Origin: an uncultured Gemmatimonadales bacterium
Lineage (GTDB): Bacteria > Gemmatimonadota > Gemmatimonadetes > Gemmatimonadales > GWC2-71-9
Direction: 5' to 3'
Assembly (NCBI GenBank): GCA_963695555.1
Contig: CAVOGR010000007.1
Location: 512,001 to 576,000 of the forward strand
Length of the DNA stretch: 64,000 nt
Position numbers and translations under genes: made by a program. Positions within the stretch are counted from its first letter, which is position 1; every line of letters begins with the position of its first letter. The notes below the pieces were generated by a model. It made no database searches. It was given only the letters and a program-made list of their open reading frames with translations, and had not been told where the DNA came from. This document shows positions 58,977 to 64,000 of this stretch, in pieces.

Positions 58977-59993
58977 TCAGGTCTCGGTCTCGTCCGACGG
59001 ATTCTTGAGCCGTTCCATGTGTTCTTCGATGCCCTTGGGGACCAGGAGGTCGTCCGCGATCTGGGCCACTTCCTCGGCAGCCCGCCATGCCATTTCCAGA
59101 TCGAGCAGCTCGCCCGCGAGCGCCCGGCGCTCCTGCTCCTCGTGGAGCGCCATCTCGAGCGCCAACTTGGTGGGCTTGGGCAGCCGGCTGATGAGCCCCT
59201 GCTTCTTCTGCTTCACGCCGTCATGGAGATCGCGCCGCTGCATGTCGAGCGGCACCCGTTCGAGGTAGCCCATCGGGTCGCCCACCGTCTCGATCAGGCC
59301 CACCGCGTCCGCCACGGTCTGCTTGGAGCCGGCCATGTAGTTCATCTTGGGCAGCATGAGGCCGGCGATGCGCATGGCCTCCGGGCCGGTCAGAATTTCC
59401 TCGCCCTTCTTGTGCTTCAAGGCCAGGGTCCACTCCTCGGACGACGGATCGACCAGGAGTTTCGACTTGTCCATCTCGGTCTTGGTGACCTTGAGCTTCC
59501 GGCCATCCTGGGTGGTCACGTCGATCTTGATGTTCGAATTGATGATGGCCTGGGGCAGGCCGCCGAAGGCACCCACCGTGACTCCGGCCGCGGCGGCTCC
59601 CGCAAAGACCGCGACGCCCACCGCCACACCGGCGGTGGTCCAGATGATGGCGCGCTTCCGCCGCCGGCCGAACTGGTCGCCGTAACGCCAGGCCGCGAAC
59701 TCCGGCCTGAGCGGCTCGCCGATCCGCACCAGCACCAGGCCTTCCTTGAGCTTGGCGAGGCCCACGTTGTCGGTGGACATGCGGAGCCGACACTCGCGGA
59801 ACTGCCGTTCGCACTCCTCGATGGCCTCCCAGCGCTCCTCGAGCGGGGTCAGGTTCCAGCGCTCGCACTTCCGGCACACCACCCAAAGCCGGCCCTTGGC
59901 GCCGTCGAACGCCAGGCGCCGGCCAACGGGGAAGGGCTCGATGGCCTCGTTCTGCCCCAGCGGGCGGTTACAGAAGATGCAGGTGGTGAACAC
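58977..59993 (-). CDS. Hypothetical protein with N-terminal zinc-ribbon and a single TM
   Basis: CIFC and CRKC, AAWRYGDQFGRRR, TM helix, LALEMALHEEQERRAL.GEL..LE.AW..AEE.A.IAD.L. Confidence 0.8.
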   Translation of the reverse strand: MFTTCIFCNRPLGQNEAIEPFPVGRRLAFDGAKGRLWVVCRKCERWNLTPLEERWEAIEECERQFRECRLRMSTDNVGLAKLKEGLVLVRIGEPLRPEFAAWRYGDQFGRRRKRAIIWTTAGVAVGVAVFAGAAAAGVTVGAFGGLPQAIINSNIKIDVTTQDGRKLKVTKTEMDKSKLLVDPSSEEWTLALKHKKGEEILTGPEAMRIAGLMLPKMNYMAGSKQTVADAVGLIETVGDPMGYLERVPLDMQRRDLHDGVKQKKQGLISRLPKPTKLALEMALHEEQERRALAGELLDLEMAWRAAEEVAQIADDLLVPKGIEEHMERLKNPSDETET

Positions 59994-60106
59994 GGCTCGT
60001 TGGCGCTCCGGATTGTGTGCTCAGTGCCCTTGGATCCCGCCCTTCACGGTACGGCAGCCGCTCCCAGTGCGTTTCAGCGTGATATCGGACCAGCTGCCAC
60101 CATTTC

Positions 60107-60124
60107 TTGTGACTTTTCTCACGG
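60107..60124. promoter_or_regulatory. CRP/Rex-like site TGTGA-N6-TCACG
   Basis: TTGTGActtttcTCACGG in the AT-richer divergent intergenic region. Confidence 0.4.
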
Positions 60125-60222
60125 AACTATCAGGCTGTTTGTCGTTAATTGTAGTCTCGTGAAAAGTATGCTGATGCCCGACCATTTGAAGAGATGAGAA
60201 TGACTCACGGCTACGCGGGAGA

Positions 60223-60900
60223 ATGGCCATGCGAGACACGATGAAACGCACGATCGCTTTGCCCGGCGCAGTGATCGCCGCCGCAATGCTCGTCGCTCCG
60301 GTCCACGCTCAGGACGCGGGCCTGGCCATCCACGTGGGCAGCATGGGCGTCGGGGTCGATGCCGCGGTGATGGTGCATTCGAAGGTGGGGCTTCGGGCCG
60401 GCGGCAACTTCTTTCCGTTCGACATCAACTTCAATTCGTCGGATATCGATTACAGTCTGGACCTGCCGTCACCCCAGTTCCTGCTGGTGGCCGATCTCTA
60501 TCCGACGGGTGGCTTCCGGGTGAGCGGCGGGCTCATGATCTCGACCACCAGTTTCGACTTGACCGGAGAGCTGGACGGACCGGTGGACATCGGCGGAGCG
60601 ACCTACACGCCGGCCGAGGTGGGCAACCTGACCGGCACGCTCGAGACCCGCGACGTGTCGCCCTACATCGGGCTCGGCTTCGGCAATCCGGCCACTAGCC
60701 GCGTGGGGTTCTTTGTCGAACTCGGCGTGGCATTCCATGGGAACCCAAAGGCCAGCGCGACGGCCGACGGTCCAATAGCCTCGGCGCCGGGCTTCCAGCA
60801 GGACCTCGACCAGGAGATCCAGGACATTACGGACGACGTCGAGAACTTCATCGTCTATCCGGTCCTGTCGATCGGCGTCTCGATCGGGCTCGGCCGCTAG
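60223..60900 (+). CDS. Outer-membrane beta-barrel-like protein
   Basis: Signal peptide, GSMGVG, DLYP.GGFRVSGG, SPYIGLGFG, YPVLSIG. Confidence 0.8.
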   Translation: MAMRDTMKRTIALPGAVIAAAMLVAPVHAQDAGLAIHVGSMGVGVDAAVMVHSKVGLRAGGNFFPFDINFNSSDIDYSLDLPSPQFLLVADLYPTGGFRVSGGLMISTTSFDLTGELDGPVDIGGATYTPAEVGNLTGTLETRDVSPYIGLGFGNPATSRVGFFVELGVAFHGNPKASATADGPIASAPGFQQDLDQEIQDITDDVENFIVYPVLSIGVSIGLGR

Positions 60901-60924
60901 GGCGGCGTCCCGCCCGCCGAGGTC

Positions 60925-61299
60925 TTATTGCGCTTCGGTGCAGGTCGGGTCGGTGAACCGGACCACCGTGGCCGTGAGCGTGCCGCGGGGCACGTCGCCC
61001 GCCTCCTGCGAACCCCGGAAGTCGATCAGGGCGTCGCCCTCCATGTCTCGGGCCTGGGCCCGGAGTGCTGCCAACCGCACTGCGGGTTCCCCGTCATCGC
61101 TCGAGATCACCTTGCCCAGCTCGGCGTAGGGACAGACGGGCATGTTGTGGGCGTAGACCAGAATGGGCCGCGGCGGGGCGGCTTCGATTGGAGCGGCTTG
61201 GTCGGTGTCGGCGGCGCGGGTATCGGCCTTGCAGCCGGCCAGAAGGAGTGCTGGGGCTGCAGCGAGGCCTAGCATCCACAAGACGGCTCTCGATCGCAT
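60925..61299 (-). CDS. Hypothetical lipoprotein (YbjQ/heavy-metal-binding-like fold)
   Basis: Lipobox LAGC; CPYAELG, LRAQA..M.GDALI, ATVVRF. Confidence 0.7.
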   Translation of the reverse strand: MRSRAVLWMLGLAAAPALLLAGCKADTRAADTDQAAPIEAAPPRPILVYAHNMPVCPYAELGKVISSDDGEPAVRLAALRAQARDMEGDALIDFRGSQEAGDVPRGTLTATVVRFTDPTCTEAQ

Positions 61300-61369
61300 A
61301 GATACCTCTCCTTTGAACATCCCCTCACGCCAAGCTACCGGCCTGGGCCGTGGCGGACAACGACCAAAG

Positions 61370-61398
61370 ACCCTCCCGGAGGTATCTCCGGGAGGGTT
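61370..61398. terminator. Terminator-like hairpin
   Basis: ACCCTCCCGGAG-gtat-CTCCGGGAGGGT. Confidence 0.65.
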
Positions 61399-61429
61399 CG
61401 ACGATGACTCGATTGTGTCCTAGGGCTTC

Positions 61430-61669
61430 TTACGCCGCGGTGCTGCCTTCCTCGATTGCGGCGGGGTGCTCCCGGAACACCAGGTAGTCGGCCCGAAGCG
61501 AGGTGAAGCAGGTGCCGGTCTTGAGCCGGGCCACCCGCTTGTCCGCCATGTCGACCCGGCGGGTCCGGGTGCCTTCCCAGAGTGGTTCCACGTCGTACCA
61601 CGCTCCGGTCTTCAGGTGGGGAAACCGATGACGCCATTCGGGCTTGATCCGGGCCTGAAAGTTCGGCAT
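61430..61669 (-). CDS. Small hypothetical protein (~79 aa)
   Basis: SD GGAG before MPNFQARIKPEW; ARI......FP.L..G.WY pattern. Confidence 0.6.
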   Translation of the reverse strand: MPNFQARIKPEWRHRFPHLKTGAWYDVEPLWEGTRTRRVDMADKRVARLKTGTCFTSLRADYLVFREHPAAIEEGSTAA

Positions 61670-61795
61670 AGGTCGTACTCCGCAGGATGGTGCAACTGGT
61701 TGCATGTCGATCGGGCTATGTGGGACGGCGGACGTTCAAAGTACCACCCTGGCGCACCCCGGTTCCGTGAGCCGCGTCACGTCGGCGGGACGGGT

Positions 61796-62705
61796 TCACC
61801 CCCCGGCCGTACCGCCCCCCAACACCCGGTTCAGCACTCCGGCCAACCGGATCCCGCCCTGCAGCAATCGTCGCTCCATGACCGGTGTCATGGCGTTGGC
61901 GTAATCCCAGCCGAGCTCGGGTATCGTGTCCGCTCCCGCCAACCGGACCGGGGCGTAGACTTGATCCAGCAGGGCACGCGATTCCGCGATCCAGTCGAGG
62001 GCGCGCGAGTGAGTCCACGCGACGATCTCCTCCGGCGAGGCGAAGTCGAGAAAATCGACGTATTCGGTATAGCTCAGACCCTGGTGTTCGAGCAGCAGGT
62101 AATCCCAGACGCCGTGCAGGTTGGCGCGCGCGCCGAGCCAGCGGACCGCGATGTCGTTCCCGCCGCGATCGGAGCCGTAGCCGGCGTGGAGCGGCTGGTG
62201 GGCGTCGCCGATGAAGTGGACCAGGAACTTGAGCGCCGTGGCTCGCTCTTCGCGCGAGCGGGTCGTGTCGCCGAGGACGCGTTCCTGGAACCGTAGGGCC
62301 TGGATCAGGTCCTCGGGCGTGTCGGACTCGGGCTCGGCGTATGCCTGCTCCCGCGGGAATGTTCACGTAGTGCCAGCTGGAGGTGTGCCGCCCTTCGGGG
62401 GTGCCGCGATACCAGTCCGCCCAGTTGGCGACGTACGCCAGCGGGTAGTGGCCGATGAGCTCGGCGATGCGGTGGCGGGTGACCGGCAGCAGGTGGCGCT
62501 CGGCGATGGCGGCCACGATGCGGTGGCCGTTCATGCCCCACGCTATCGGTGCGGGCCGATATACAGCAGCCTCGGCGCGCGGCACGGTCGATTGAAGAGC
62601 GACCGGCACCGCGAACAGCGTCGCGATCACGAGCAAAACGCGCCAGGTCGGTCGTGAGTGCTTTGGTGAATCTATGTGATGCGTCCCCATATCTTCGCAC
62701 CTCAT
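61796..62705 (-). CDS. S1/P1 nuclease, frameshifted near 62350
   Basis: WG..GH, WAD, WHYVN in one frame; LKFLVHFIGDAHQPLH, DRGGN, NLHGVWD, GGIRLA..LN in another. Confidence 0.92.
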
Positions 62706-62732
62706 CAGGGTGATTCCGGGTGCTACCCTCGG

Positions 62733-63252
62733 CTATTTCTTCCCGACCATCGCGTCGGGCATCCGCACCGCAACCACGGTCCCGCGGGCCGTGATCTCTC
62801 CATCGGCCGAAACGGTGGCCTCGACTACGACCTTCCGCTCGGTGGCCTCTCTCACTATTCCCCGCACTTCCAGCACGGGGCCGAGTGGTGTCGGTCGAAG
62901 ATACTCCACGTGGAGCGCTGCCGTGACGAACCGCGGCACCTCGTCGGTACGCACCTGCCCTCCCTCGAGCTTCCACGCCGGCGATCCGCGCCGCCGCTGC
63001 CGCCGCGGTACCGGTCCCGTGGCAGTCGATGAGGGAGGCGATCAATCCTCCATAGACATACCCGGCAACGGCGGTATGAATGGGCTTGGGGGTAAATCTC
63101 GCGACCGTCTGATCACCGTCCCAGCGGCTCTTGAGCTGATGGCCGTCGTGGTTGAGCCGGCCACAACCATAGCAGTGCGCGACGTCTTCCGGGTAATAGT
63201 CCTGGATGGCTGGTGCGGGGACGGGAGTGGGAACAGGCGAAGTGCGGGTCAT
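62733..63252 (-). CDS. PaaI-family thioesterase, frameshifted near 62950-62990
   Basis: HCYGCG, VYGGLIASLIDCH in one frame; FVTAALHVEYLRPTP in another. Confidence 0.88.
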
Positions 63253-63461
63253 GATTGAGGCAGCGTGACGTTGTGGTTTGGCGTGGCGGATCGGACGCAC
63301 GTGAGCACTTCGGCAATCTACCACCGAGCTCAGAGTGCCGCTGGTGCATGCGACGGATCAGTTGAAGCTGGCGGCCACGGTGGGTGGCGTTAATATGAGC
63401 GCTAGCGCCGAGTCGCACTCGATGGCGTGGTGACAGTCCACCCTACTTGAAAGACCACACG

Positions 63462-64000
63462 TTGCCAAACCATTCCGGAAACGAGCACGATTCGGATCGC
63501 CGCTTCACCGATCAGGAAGTCGCACTGGTGCTGCAGCGCGCGGCGGAAATCGAGGAGCGGCGCTCCACGTCGGCGGCGGGGCGTGGTCTCACGCTCGGTG
63601 AGCTGCGCGACATCGCCCAGGAAGTGGGCTTGAGCCCCGACGTGATCGACGAGGCGGTGGCCGCGGTCCGGACCGGGGTCCGTCCGCGGGGCGGATCGCT
63701 CCTCGGCGCCTCGTTATCCAACAAGGTGGTGCGCGGTGTGCCGGGCCGGCTCGACGAGGACGACCTGCAGCGCCTCATCCGCGTGGTCGAGGACCGGGTC
63801 GAGGAGACCGGCACCGTGTCGGAGGCGCTCGGCACGGTCCGTTGGACCAGCGTCGCGCGGGGCCACCGGTTCGACCGCACCATGCAGGTGTCGCTCTCCG
63901 CCACGGGGGCTCGAGGAGACCCAGATCCAGGTGGTGCAGCGCTACCCGTCGGGGTTGAGGGCCATTCTCCATGGGCTCCCCACGGCCTGGGGGGCCATGA
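63462..64000 (+). CDS. Hypothetical protein with DUF1707/SHOCT-like N-terminus (partial; frameshift near 63905)
   Basis: RRFTDQEVALVLQRAAEIE...GLTLGELRDIAQEVGL; runs off the window end. Confidence 0.75.
   Translation, partial: MPNHSGNEHDSDRRFTDQEVALVLQRAAEIEERRSTSAAGRGLTLGELRDIAQEVGLSPDVIDEAVAAVRTGVRPRGGSLLGASLSNKVVRGVPGRLDEDDLQRLIRVVEDRVEETGTVSEALGTVRWTSVARGHRFDRTMQVSLSATGARGDPDPGGAALPVGVEGHSPWAPHGLGGH

Overview
GC-rich bacterial chromosomal segment. Gemmatimonadota is my inference from the gene families and lineage-style hypothetical proteins; no marker gene in the window proves it. Core-looking blocks: etfA-etfB with a glutaryl-CoA-dehydrogenase-like acyl-CoA dehydrogenase, an NAD-type isocitrate-dehydrogenase-family gene, an SDR/DUF885/LeuA-like/nucleotidyltransferase/cupin/ferredoxin operon, and an atp operon with only F0 plus delta, preceded by a Rex/CRP-like box. 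Between them lie accessory genes: a TetR-controlled ABC exporter, a GGDEF protein, a Ca/Na antiporter, a cytochrome c-PQQ dehydrogenase fusion, peptidases, lipoproteins and beta-barrels. I found no rRNA, canonical tRNA, CRISPR, transposase or integrase. Best candidates for undescribed biology: (1) a self-contained three-gene redox operon (HybA/HmcB-like Tat ferredoxin, HybB/HmcC-like NrfD protein, membrane-anchored GcvH-fold protein apparently lacking the lipoyl lysine) with no catalytic subunit and a possible sigma54 promoter; (2) a ~146-nt structured intergenic element with paired ends and a 3' ACCA; (3) an apparently autoregulated membrane protein/wHTH/UppS operon with a duplicated operator overlapping the uppS start codon; (4) dispersed heptamer tandem repeats at gene boundaries. 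At least seven genes carry frameshifts, most of them in the last 13 kb; these are most simply explained as long-read indel errors.
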